Shown here: positions 10,765-19,842 of the stretch, piece by piece
Numbering within the stretch: the first letter of the stretch is position 1
Layout: every line of letters starts with the position of its first letter
Assembly (NCBI GenBank): GCA_963714975.1
Contig: CAVQQD010000002.1
Span: 1,056,001-1,120,000 of the forward strand
DNA from: an uncultured Gammaproteobacteria bacterium
Lineage (GTDB): Bacteria > Pseudomonadota > Gammaproteobacteria > JAURND01
Length of the DNA: 64,000 nt
Direction of reading: 5' to 3'
Translations under genes and position numbers: made by a program
The notes under the pieces: model-generated
What the model saw: the letters and a program-made list of their open reading frames with translations, nothing else
The model's database searches: none
What the model was told of the DNA's origin: nothing

Positions 10765-11589
10765 ATGTTAACCCAAAAAATTGCAGTATTTAATAATAAG
10801 ACTATCCGACGCACACTGCATAACAACGAATGGTGGTTTGCAGTGGCTGATGTCATCTCAATTCTAACGGATAGCGCTGATGTGAAGCAATATGTTAAAC
10901 GAATGCGCTCCCGCGATGCTGAACTTAACAGCAACTGGGGTACAATTTGTACCCCCCTTGAATTAGAGGCTGCTGATGGAAAGAAAAGAGGGGTAACTTG
11001 CGCTAATACTGAAGGTATCTTTCGCATTATCCAATCAATTCCTTCTCCTAAAGCTGAACCCTTTAAACGTTGGTTAGCTAAAGTAGGCTATGAGCGTGTG
11101 CAAGAAATTGAAAATCCTGAACTAGCCACTCAACGCACTAGAGCAATATATAAGGCAAAAGGTTACTCTGATGCTTGGATTGAAAAGCGCATGAGAGGCA
11201 TTGCAGTTCGAGATGAGCTTACTGAGGAATGGAAAAAGCGAGGCGTACAGGAAACACGAGATTTTGCCATATTAACAGCAGAAATCTCCAAGGCTACATT
11301 TGGCATGACACCCAGTGAATATCAACAGCATAAAGGCTTAAAGCGAGAAAATTTGCGTGACCATATGACTGATTTAGAGCTTATTTTCTCCATGTTGGGT
11401 GAAGCCTCCACTACTGAAATTACTCGTCATCGCGATGCTAAAGGATTTAATGAGAATCGCAAGACTGCAAAAACAGGAGGAAAGATAGCTGGAGATGCCC
11501 GTAAGCAATTAGAAAAAGCCAGTGGCCAGAAAGTAATCAGCAAGAGTAATTATTTATCTAATACAAAAAAACTGGAAGAAAATCATTAA
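10765..11589 (+). CDS. Bro-N domain protein (phage antirepressor-like)
   Basis: WWFAVADVI, FRIIQSIPSPKAEPFKRWLA, ENLRDHMT. Confidence 0.9.
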   Translation: MLTQKIAVFNNKTIRRTLHNNEWWFAVADVISILTDSADVKQYVKRMRSRDAELNSNWGTICTPLELEAADGKKRGVTCANTEGIFRIIQSIPSPKAEPFKRWLAKVGYERVQEIENPELATQRTRAIYKAKGYSDAWIEKRMRGIAVRDELTEEWKKRGVQETRDFAILTAEISKATFGMTPSEYQQHKGLKRENLRDHMTDLELIFSMLGEASTTEITRHRDAKGFNENRKTAKTGGKIAGDARKQLEKASGQKVISKSNYLSNTKKLEENH

Positions 11590-11730
11590 TTCTTTGGGGC
11601 ACTGATGGGGCACTCACCGACAAATAATAGCAATAATGGACAACTAACCAAAGCAAAGCTCTTCGAATAACATACTGATTTTATTGCTGTTATTTGTCGT
11701 GAATTATTGTCGCTAATTGATTGAACCAGT

Positions 11731-11775
11731 TTTGTAATCAGTAGGTCCCCAGTTCGAGTCCGGGTGCCAGCACCA
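11731..11775 (+). repeat. attR: duplicated 3' part of tRNA-Thr
   Basis: tttgtaatcagtaggtccccagttcgagtccgggtgccagcacca, identical to 5833-5877. Confidence 0.97.
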
Positions 11776-12163
11776 TTGAATCAATCGGTTACGAGAGGAT
11801 GTAGAATTGGAAGTAATGATGGTGCTAGGATGGCGCTATGCTCAAGCTAAACGTTATAATAAAAAACTAGGCCTGTGACCTCTACCTTATGATCACTTTT
11901 CGCCATTTTTATTTCCCACCTGAACAATTGGTTCGTGAAATTGGGGCTAACTTAAGAAATAGACTTGGCGCTTATTTTATTCGCTTAATAAATATAAGCG
12001 ATTTTCACTATGAAATAGCCAATAAAATTGCCGAAGATGTAGGAATAACAATTAAGAAATTCAGCAGTTGCTTTAACTTAACTAGAACCTAAATAAGGGT
12101 GTATCCTCAATCCGAGGTGTCTTTCTAATGCGGAGACCGCTAGGATTTCTTATAGCTTCACCC

Positions 12164-13216
12164 TCATTTTCCCTTGAATGATTTAGCCTTGCTAATTTTT
12201 GACTCCACCCGCTGCAAAACCTGTAAGCTTTTTTCAAAATCCGCTTCTCCCACACTCTTTTCCTCAATTTGCCGCTGTTTAAACTTATCAAATTCCGCAT
12301 TAGCTCGCTGTAACGCATCATCATGTGTAATGCTACCCGCATGCGTCAAAACCTCCCGCTCACTCAAGCGCAAAAAATCATCTAACTTACGAGTCCAATC
12401 TTTCATATACATCGCACGACGATTTTTTGCCTGCAATTCTGCAAAATCCAAATAAAAAGCAACAATACGATTCAGAGTATCAATCTCTTCCTCGTTTAAA
12501 TAATTTTTAGCAATACCCACATCTGAGCGTTTAGGTGTTTTCCCCGAATGAAAAGTTAAACCCATCAGTGGTTTATTAGCATCAGCACGCTTAGCAATAA
12601 TCTCCGCAGCTGTGTGGCCATGTGCTGCCCAGTGCATTTTATTTTGAACAATTCGAAAAAATTGCTGCGAGGTTGTAGTATCTGGGTCATAATCAATGCT
12701 GGTAGCATAAATATCCAACACTTTCTTCCAAAATATTTTTTCTGAAGAGCGTATATCACGGATACGGGCGAGTAGTTCCTCAAAATAGTTGCTACCCTCT
12801 GCTCGCTTCAGGCGTTCGTCATCCATGGTGAAGCCTTTAATCAAGTATTCTCTTAAGCGCTGGGTGGCCCAAATACGAAATTGTGTACCACGATGAGATT
12901 TTACACGATAACCCACCGAGATGATGACATCCAAGTTATAATATACAATGTTACGTGTAACTTTTCGGATTCCTTCGGCTTGAACTGTCCGGAATTTCCG
13001 GACAGTTGCATTTTCTTCCAACTCACCTTCCTCAAAGACATTCTGTATATGCTCAGAAATGGTGCGCTTGTCTTTATCAAAGAGCCTTGCCATTTGTACC
13101 TGACTAAGCCACACCGTATCTTGTTGTAGTCGTACCTCTACCCTCGTTAGGCCATCTTCTGTCTGGTAGAAGATTAGATCACCTGTATCTTGCTCAGCAG
13201 GTAATTTATTAGTCAT
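12164..13216 (-). CDS. rhuM: Virulence RhuM family DNA-binding protein
   Basis: YNLDVIISVGYRVKS.RGTQFRIWAT, LLARIRDIRSSEK, QNKMHWA; probable ATG at 13216. Confidence 0.9.
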   Translation of the reverse strand: MTNKLPAEQDTGDLIFYQTEDGLTRVEVRLQQDTVWLSQVQMARLFDKDKRTISEHIQNVFEEGELEENATVRKFRTVQAEGIRKVTRNIVYYNLDVIISVGYRVKSHRGTQFRIWATQRLREYLIKGFTMDDERLKRAEGSNYFEELLARIRDIRSSEKIFWKKVLDIYATSIDYDPDTTTSQQFFRIVQNKMHWAAHGHTAAEIIAKRADANKPLMGLTFHSGKTPKRSDVGIAKNYLNEEEIDTLNRIVAFYLDFAELQAKNRRAMYMKDWTRKLDDFLRLSEREVLTHAGSITHDDALQRANAEFDKFKQRQIEEKSVGEADFEKSLQVLQRVESKISKAKSFKGK

Positions 13217-13647
13217 ATAAATCCTATGTATTGATTTCAACGATTTTTTTGATCCTGTTCGAACATGTACGTCCCTAAAAAAATCCAATAACTTTCAATT
13301 ATTTTTATAAATTTATAATCCCGTTAGAACTCGCACAATTAAGTTTCCTCAATTGTGCGGCGGGTTGGTTACCACCGATTCGCCCCGTTTTGACTCGTGA
13401 AGTCATGGCTCGGACTGATCGCGCCACATCGATGCCAGTCATCGATACCTATGGTTTTTCTATCTGTGCATTCCCTCCTATTCAAGTGAGTTAAAAAACA
13501 TTACAAGCTTTTAATATAAACCAAATGTTTATATCACATCATTTTTCATACGACGGTTGATGAGCCTTTCCCGTAGGATATTCACTTTAATTATTAACCA
13601 TATAAGTGAGATACGGAACGCGTTAAGGTGCGTTAATCCATTGCATT

Positions 13648-14040
13648 GTTTATACCGTATTTTTAGTCTTGTTGGCAAGTCTTTGTGCACGTTTTCTAGC
13701 TTGATAAAGTTCCGATTGCAATTGGTCGATACGTTTTTGCATCGCCTGGATTTTTATTTGTGCTACTTCACCATTTTTTTCTGCTGCACTGACAGCAGCC
13801 AAGTTTTCTGCTTGTTTTCTCGATAGTTCTGCATTCTTCTCAGCAATGTCATTGAGTTCTTTCTGCTTTTGTTATTCAAAGTGAGATTATTGCCTGGTTA
13901 AATCTTTTTGCCAATCATCTAACTGTAGCTGCTTCGTTTGCAATAATTGTTCAGCTTTATTCTGAGCTACTTTCAGTAAAGCTAAATAAAAAAAATAACC
14001 ACCGATTAAAAGGATCGATAACATAATCTGGAGAGTCCTA
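13648..14040 (-). pseudogene. Decayed membrane-anchored coiled-coil gene
   Basis: Minus strand reads a TM segment then a coiled coil (...AMQKRIDQLQSELYQARKRAQRLANK) interrupted by stops. Confidence 0.4.
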
Positions 14041-14058
14041 AGTTCGAGCCACAAATCC

Positions 14059-14286
14059 AGGATGTAGGAGAACGATTTTGGATTTAGGAGCTGGGGAGTG
14101 GCTAAGCAAACACGCTGTGAATACGTCCTTGTACGCTCGGAGGTTTCATCCCTGACTAATTTGTTTGGAACAAATTAGCCACGCGAAGCGACCCAAAGGG
14201 CGAAAACCATGGATGGTTTTCGATCAACCTACGGTTTGCTTAGCCACTCCCCAGCTCCTAAATCCAAAATCGTTCTCCTACATCCT
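14059..14286. mobile_element. MITE/REPIN-like element with perfect 53-bp terminal inverted repeats
   Basis: 14059-14111 is the exact reverse complement of 14234-14286; internal small hairpins; no ORF. Confidence 0.75.
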
Positions 14287-14509
14287 TAACTTTTAAGCGT
14301 TCTGAAACTTTTGTTAATCAAGCCTTAAAAAACGATTTAACGTGATCCCTTTTCTAATTAGAATAAGTTTTGAATTCGTTCACCAACGAAGAAAAATTAA
14401 AACACCAGCAGTACCCTAACCTTGCATCACTATGACCGTATTGGTTTGCTTAAGCCGTCAGTTAGACTGCCGAATGGCTATCGTGCGAACATTTAATTAG
14501 TGCCTGAAC

Positions 14510-14543
14510 GAAAACCACTCATTTTAAAAAATGAGTAGTTTTC
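14510..14543 (-). terminator. Hairpin after the amylase gene
   Basis: gaaaaccactcatttt/aaaatgagtagttttc inverted repeat right after the stop. Confidence 0.45.
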
Positions 14544-14545
14544 AT

Positions 14546-16189
14546 TCAGGCACTAATTAATAAAAATTTTGCGGATAATGCAGGCACATCAACAATAAAT
14601 TTTTTATTTTGTACAACATAACATTGATTAGCTAATAAATCACATATCTTTTTAGTATTTTTATTAAATAATCTCTCATTTATCTGAAAGGTTTGCGATT
14701 TTTTTGCAGTATTTAGAATAAAGACAATTTGCTCGTTAGAACTCGATTTTAGATCAACGTAATAATTTTTTCCGGAACCTAAATGAGTGCGGCTTCCACT
14801 ATATAAAGCAGGATGTCGTGCCTTAAGCTCCATCAGACGGGTTACATAATCTTTTAAGGAAATTGCCTCAGGGTTTAAATCTTTATTTTGTACGGTTACA
14901 CCGAGAATCTTGGCATCGGTACGCGATACATGATCGTCGCATTTATTTTCACTGAGACAATTATGAGTAATTTTTTGAGAAAAATTTGGAATACTATCTC
15001 CGATTTCATCCCCATAATAAATAGTAATTGGTCCTGAATAAGCCGTCAAAAAAGCAAATGCAAGTCGATGTCGTTGCCAATATTCGTGTTCACTTGGACT
15101 AGTAATTCGCGCACGTTGTAATAAATTACCAAAACGAACGGTATCATGATTACCGATCATAAGATTAGGAATAGCCGTGTTAGGATACATTTCATGCGAA
15201 GCAAAACCCGCTTCATTATTTAATATACTGGCTGGCTGTTGGCTTGCATTTTGAGCGTGACTGTGTTCTTGTGTTGCCAAAACCCTCATCAGACCGTAAC
15301 GTACAGGAAAATCAAATGCCGACATTACTCCCGGTGCTTGATTCGTGCCAAATGCATCTTGTTGGATACGTTTGGTCATTTCAGCAATACTCCATTCATC
15401 GCTCCAAATTTCCGCTACCATATAACCTAAATGATGTTGTTTTTTTGCTGCCATTTCAACCTGATGTTGAATAATGGCCCAATCACTTACAGGTACTTGA
15501 TAAGCTTGATCCAAACGCCAACCATCAATTCCAAGTTCATTAATCCAAAAAGTAGCTACCTCAATAAAAAAAGCGCGACTTTCTGGGTATTTTGCACACA
15601 AGCCAGGATAATTAGCAGGCAAATTCCTACAAGGTATTAGTACGGGAGTTTTTCCAGTGGGTGAAGGAACTACACCTGTTTTTTTCGCATGGCCGAATAC
15701 ACCATCTAAAAATACATACAAGCCTTTATCATGCGCTGATTTTACCAACTGCTTTGCTTGCGCTAATGTGCCGAAATGAGGATCTATTCTAAAAAAATCA
15801 TGGGCGAAATAACCTGTAGCATCAAGGCGTAATTGCTCACCTACATCGTGCTTCGCATCAGTATCAAAAATGGGAGTTAACCAAATCGCATTGACATTGA
15901 GTGATTTAATATAATCCAATGAATTGATAATACCTTGTAAATCACCGTGATGTTGACTAGATCCGTATCCTGCAGTAAATCCGCGTTTGTCAGCACCTAC
16001 AAATGACTCCACCATGATCTGATAAATACGCAAATTGCAAAATCTTTCTTCGCCATGGTTACAGGGGAGACGATCTTGAATTTTTTGTGCATGGTCAATG
16101 AGAATAATTGAGGGTTGGTTGGTTGCATAAGCTACCCAGCTAATAAAGCATATCAACCAAATTAACAAGATAGTAAATTTTTTAGGCAT
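14546..16189 (-). CDS. Secreted GH13 alpha-amylase family glycoside hydrolase
   Basis: Signal peptide; GDLQGI..SLDYI, DGWRLDQ (nucleophile), VAEIW, NHD. Confidence 0.92.
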   Translation of the reverse strand: MPKKFTILLIWLICFISWVAYATNQPSIILIDHAQKIQDRLPCNHGEERFCNLRIYQIMVESFVGADKRGFTAGYGSSQHHGDLQGIINSLDYIKSLNVNAIWLTPIFDTDAKHDVGEQLRLDATGYFAHDFFRIDPHFGTLAQAKQLVKSAHDKGLYVFLDGVFGHAKKTGVVPSPTGKTPVLIPCRNLPANYPGLCAKYPESRAFFIEVATFWINELGIDGWRLDQAYQVPVSDWAIIQHQVEMAAKKQHHLGYMVAEIWSDEWSIAEMTKRIQQDAFGTNQAPGVMSAFDFPVRYGLMRVLATQEHSHAQNASQQPASILNNEAGFASHEMYPNTAIPNLMIGNHDTVRFGNLLQRARITSPSEHEYWQRHRLAFAFLTAYSGPITIYYGDEIGDSIPNFSQKITHNCLSENKCDDHVSRTDAKILGVTVQNKDLNPEAISLKDYVTRLMELKARHPALYSGSRTHLGSGKNYYVDLKSSSNEQIVFILNTAKKSQTFQINERLFNKNTKKICDLLANQCYVVQNKKFIVDVPALSAKFLLISA

Positions 16190-16269
16190 AATCTAATCCT
16201 TAGTTATTTTTGCATGCGGGCCTAATCATTTTAATTACGCTCTCCCACAAGTGGGAGAAGGAATTTTTT

Positions 16270-16686
16270 TTACTCATGCAGGCTTTGAATGATTAAGATA
16301 GCCGTAGCCACAACACCTGGTAAGGATGCCAACAAAAGCCAACCCGCTCTAAATCCGTAATCAAAAACCCGAGTGCGTAATTCGCTGCGAATTTGCTCAC
16401 GCATCCCCAAGCGCTCTTTCACCGCAGACATATCTTTTTCTAAAGTGGAAAATCGTGAATTCATATCCACTTTAAGCTCTGAAATTTCTTTGTGCATTTC
16501 AGAACGAAGCCCACCGATTTCCAGATGAACTTCATGCCTTAATCCATGCAGTTCCTTGTGCATCTCTTGCTTTAAGCTCATGATCTGTTCGACCACACGA
16601 GTAATGGATTGATTCACAGACATATCTATTTTGGCCTCCATCATTTCAGTTTGCAGTTGAAACAAAGACGCTGAATCAGGAAACAT
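16270..16686 (-). CDS. Coiled-coil protein with C-terminal TM (DUF1640/Bdr-like architecture)
   Basis: 11-residue repeats (LKQEMHKELHG/LRHEVHLEIGG/LRSEMHKEISE); GGAGG RBS. Confidence 0.65.
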   Translation of the reverse strand: MFPDSASLFQLQTEMMEAKIDMSVNQSITRVVEQIMSLKQEMHKELHGLRHEVHLEIGGLRSEMHKEISELKVDMNSRFSTLEKDMSAVKERLGMREQIRSELRTRVFDYGFRAGWLLLASLPGVVATAILIIQSLHE

Positions 16687-16959
16687 TATACCCCCCTCCT
16701 ATTAGAAAAAGCAGTACCCGTCACAATAAAATCACACAGCGCAAGAGATTTACTGCCGTAATGCATCAAAATACTATCTTATTATCAGGTTGTGACTGCT
16801 TGTCGACGGTGTAATCCCAGCATAGATTGAGAGCCTGCTAAAGTCCATACCGTATAGTAAAAGGAATTAAGGCATAGTTAAACGTCTAAGTCGATGAAAA
16901 GAGCCTAGACTAAAAGTTTTTAGATGGTATGATGATGTTTTATTGAAAAGGAATGCAAC

Positions 16960-18102
16960 ATGATGGAAGATTCAAACTCGCAGGATCAACTTAAACCCAG
17001 TAACGATGATTCGAACACCGCTAAGCTTAAAAAAAATTCTTCCATAATCGCATTTGCAACAACAGGATTATTGGTACTAGCGATAATATATACCTTGTAT
17101 CTAGGCAAACAACTGCTGTTGCCCATTGCAATTGCCATCTTATTGAGTTTTCTTTTTGCCCCAATAATACGTATATTACGTAAAATTCACATTCCAAACT
17201 TTCTAGCTGCATTTCTAATAATTCTTATTCTTTTTTTAATCATCGTTTTTGGATTTTATAGTATATCCGGACCTATCAACAAATGGGCTGCAAATGCTCC
17301 TGAAAGTTTTTCTCAAGCATCCATTAAATTAAATCAATTAACCGCTCCAGTAAACCAATATGTTCAACGGTTTTTTAATATCCAAGAACAAATAGAAAAA
17401 TCAACCAATAAAGTTGTTCCACAAAAAACCGTACCAGAAGTAACTCTTAAAGCAGATAATTGGTTTAATATAATTTTTAGCAATACCTGGGAATTTTTTG
17501 TACAATTTGGTATTTTAATCCTTTTATTATATTTTTTTCTATCCTTCCATGAATTCATCTTACACAAATTGATAAAAATCCTACCTTATTATTCTGAAAA
17601 AAAAGAAGCTGTTATAATTATCAGGCAGATTGAGCAAAAAATTTCTTATTTTCTTGTGGTTAAAATTTTAATCAGTATTGGTTTGGCTATAGTAATTGGA
17701 CTAGTTATGATGCTTCTACAAATGCCTCATCCTTTCATATGGGGAATATTAGCCGGACTCTTGGAATTTATTCCTTATATCGGAGTCACAATAGGTACGT
17801 TTGCTATTACATTTTCAGCCTTATTAAATTTCGATACGATAGGCCATATTTTATTGGTTCCTCTAAGTTTTTTTATTATTTGCTCCATTGAAGGTAATTT
17901 AATTCTACCCTTAGTGTTGAATCGTGGTTTAATTCTACATCCCTTAATTATTTTAATTGGAGTAATTATATTCGGTTGGATTTGGGGCATTATGGGTGCT
18001 TTGATAGCCATTCCCATTATTTCGATATTCAAAATTATTTGTGACAACGTTAAACCTTTGAATAACTATGGACAATTTTTAGGAATCGACGGTCATGAAT
18101 AA
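16960..18102 (+). CDS. AI-2E family transporter
   Basis: Multi-TM; FIPYIG, EGNLILP, LHPL...WGIMGALIAIP. Confidence 0.9.
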   Translation: MMEDSNSQDQLKPSNDDSNTAKLKKNSSIIAFATTGLLVLAIIYTLYLGKQLLLPIAIAILLSFLFAPIIRILRKIHIPNFLAAFLIILILFLIIVFGFYSISGPINKWAANAPESFSQASIKLNQLTAPVNQYVQRFFNIQEQIEKSTNKVVPQKTVPEVTLKADNWFNIIFSNTWEFFVQFGILILLLYFFLSFHEFILHKLIKILPYYSEKKEAVIIIRQIEQKISYFLVVKILISIGLAIVIGLVMMLLQMPHPFIWGILAGLLEFIPYIGVTIGTFAITFSALLNFDTIGHILLVPLSFFIICSIEGNLILPLVLNRGLILHPLIILIGVIIFGWIWGIMGALIAIPIISIFKIICDNVKPLNNYGQFLGIDGHE

Positions 18103-18110
18103 TGGGGTTG

Positions 18111-18662
18111 TCACTGTGCCCTTAACACAACCCCACTGATAGCATCGCGGATTTCAGTAGGTTTTCCCAAGCCCCCCACTTTTCCCCTAACAATAACATC
18201 AATACCGGAAGGAAAAATAATGGCGACTTCATCAGCAGTTTTAGCAGGAGGTTCTTGAGACCTATTAGCGCTGGTCGAAACCATGGCGTGACCAAACTGT
18301 GTGCATAATTGCTGAACCACTGGGTGAGCTGTTACTCTCACCGCCACGGTGTCATAATCTCCACAAATCCAAGCCGGTACTTGCGAACTTGCCGGAAACA
18401 GCCAAGTGACTGGCCCTGGCCAGGTGCTAAGTACTTCTTGCATCCGCGGCACTGGAATCGGTGCAAGATAGGGTGTTAACTGGGTCAGCGATGCAGCAAT
18501 TAGTATCAGCCCCTTACTCACAGGTCGTTTTTTGAGCGCCAGCAAACGTTTGACTGCGTGTTCTTGTAAAGGATCGCAACCTAAACCATAGACAGCCTCG
18601 GTGGGATAGGCGATGATGCCACCTTGTCGGAGTACTTGTACCGCTTGCAATATTTGAGTCAT
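18111..18662 (-). CDS. tsaC: L-threonylcarbamoyladenylate synthase (YrdC)
   Basis: IAYPTEAVYGLGCDP, KGLIL, WPGP, STSAN. Confidence 0.95.
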   Translation of the reverse strand: MTQILQAVQVLRQGGIIAYPTEAVYGLGCDPLQEHAVKRLLALKKRPVSKGLILIAASLTQLTPYLAPIPVPRMQEVLSTWPGPVTWLFPASSQVPAWICGDYDTVAVRVTAHPVVQQLCTQFGHAMVSTSANRSQEPPAKTADEVAIIFPSGIDVIVRGKVGGLGKPTEIRDAISGVVLRAQ

Positions 18663-18665
18663 GCC

Positions 18666-19793
18666 ATGAATATACAACAAAAATTAACTAAGCTAGGAAA
18701 ATTTTATGGATTGCCGGAAAATTGGCTAGAAAGTCACCCGCATTTATTTGCTTCTTCTGTAGTGCACATCCCTCCAGCACAACTGCAAGCCATGCAGAAT
18801 ATTATTCAAGCTGTGGAGCAGGTGGTTCACTTGCCAGCTTATGCAACGCAAGTGTTAACTTGGGCCGAGCAGGCCTATGCCAAGTCTAAGGCCTTGGGCT
18901 TATTTATTGGCTATGACTTTCATTTAACTTCCGAAGGACCGAAGCTCATCGAAATCAACACCAATCCGGCAGGTTTTGCCCTCAATGCCTTATTAGCTTT
19001 AGGCAACAACACCTGGGAAGATGTGTGCATGTCGATATTTGAAGCAGAATGGCAGCGCTGTCGAGAGAATGGTACTTTACAGCGCATTGCCATTGTCGAT
19101 GACCAACCGCAGCAACAATATTTTTATCCTGAGTTTTTACTATTCCAAAAATTGCTGCATGACTACGGTATTGATAGCATTATCGTTGACCCCGCAGAAC
19201 TGAGTATTAAAAATAATTGTCTACAAGCCAGAGGTTTAGGCATCGACTTGGTTTATAATCGACTCACTGATTTTACTCTAACCACTCCAGAACATGCGCT
19301 ATTAAAAGCCGCCTATCTTGAAGATTTCGTGGTGTTGACGCCGAATCCCTATGTTTATTCTTTATATGCGAATAAAAAAAATTTAACTTTATTGTCTGAC
19401 CCTGATTTTTTGCAAAATTGTGAAGTACAAGAATCAGTTATTGCTGAACTAACTCAAGGCATTGCAAAAACTTGGCTAGTAGATGCTAAACAAGCAGATT
19501 GGTTCTGGCAAAAACGTAAAGAATTATTTTTTAAACCTGCAACAAGCTATGCAGGCAAGGGAGTTTATCAAGGCAGTAAGGTGACACATAAAGTGTTTGC
19601 TGAGATTCTAAAAAATCCTTATGTCGCTCAAACTTTTATTCCTCCCAGCCAACAAAGGGGATTGAAAATGGACGTCCGGAGTTACGCTTATGCAGGACAG
19701 GTGCTTGGTGTTGCCGCCCGCCTCTACCAAGGGCAAACTACCAATTTTCGCAGTGCAGGCAGCGGTTTTGCTGTAGTGAATGTTAATATCTAA
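18666..19793 (+). CDS. Circularly permuted ATP-grasp / glutathionylspermidine-synthase-like ligase
   Basis: GYDFHL...PKLIEINTN, DLVYNR, FFKP..YAGKG, RLYQGQTTN. Confidence 0.65.
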   Translation: MNIQQKLTKLGKFYGLPENWLESHPHLFASSVVHIPPAQLQAMQNIIQAVEQVVHLPAYATQVLTWAEQAYAKSKALGLFIGYDFHLTSEGPKLIEINTNPAGFALNALLALGNNTWEDVCMSIFEAEWQRCRENGTLQRIAIVDDQPQQQYFYPEFLLFQKLLHDYGIDSIIVDPAELSIKNNCLQARGLGIDLVYNRLTDFTLTTPEHALLKAAYLEDFVVLTPNPYVYSLYANKKNLTLLSDPDFLQNCEVQESVIAELTQGIAKTWLVDAKQADWFWQKRKELFFKPATSYAGKGVYQGSKVTHKVFAEILKNPYVAQTFIPPSQQRGLKMDVRSYAYAGQVLGVAARLYQGQTTNFRSAGSGFAVVNVNI

Positions 19794-19842
19794 CACTTAC
19801 CTTAAAAGATTATCTTTCTCCCCTTGTGGGAGAAGGATAATC

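Larger units (their letters stand above)
5833..11775 (+). mobile_element. tRNA-Thr-integrated element (phage-satellite/IME-like, ~5.9 kb)
   Basis: Identical 45-bp direct repeat 5833-5877 / 11731-11775 enclosing a tyrosine integrase, excisionase-like HTH and Bro-N genes. Confidence 0.92.

Noticed and set aside
5878-11730. Complete prophage
   Set aside because: No capsid, terminase, tail or lysis genes
11731-11775. Second tRNA-Thr gene
   Set aside because: Only the 3' 45 nt are present; the 5' acceptor strand and D-arm are missing, so it is attR
11889-12092. 67-aa ORF after attR
   Set aside because: No RBS or motif; at most a fragment of the relic element
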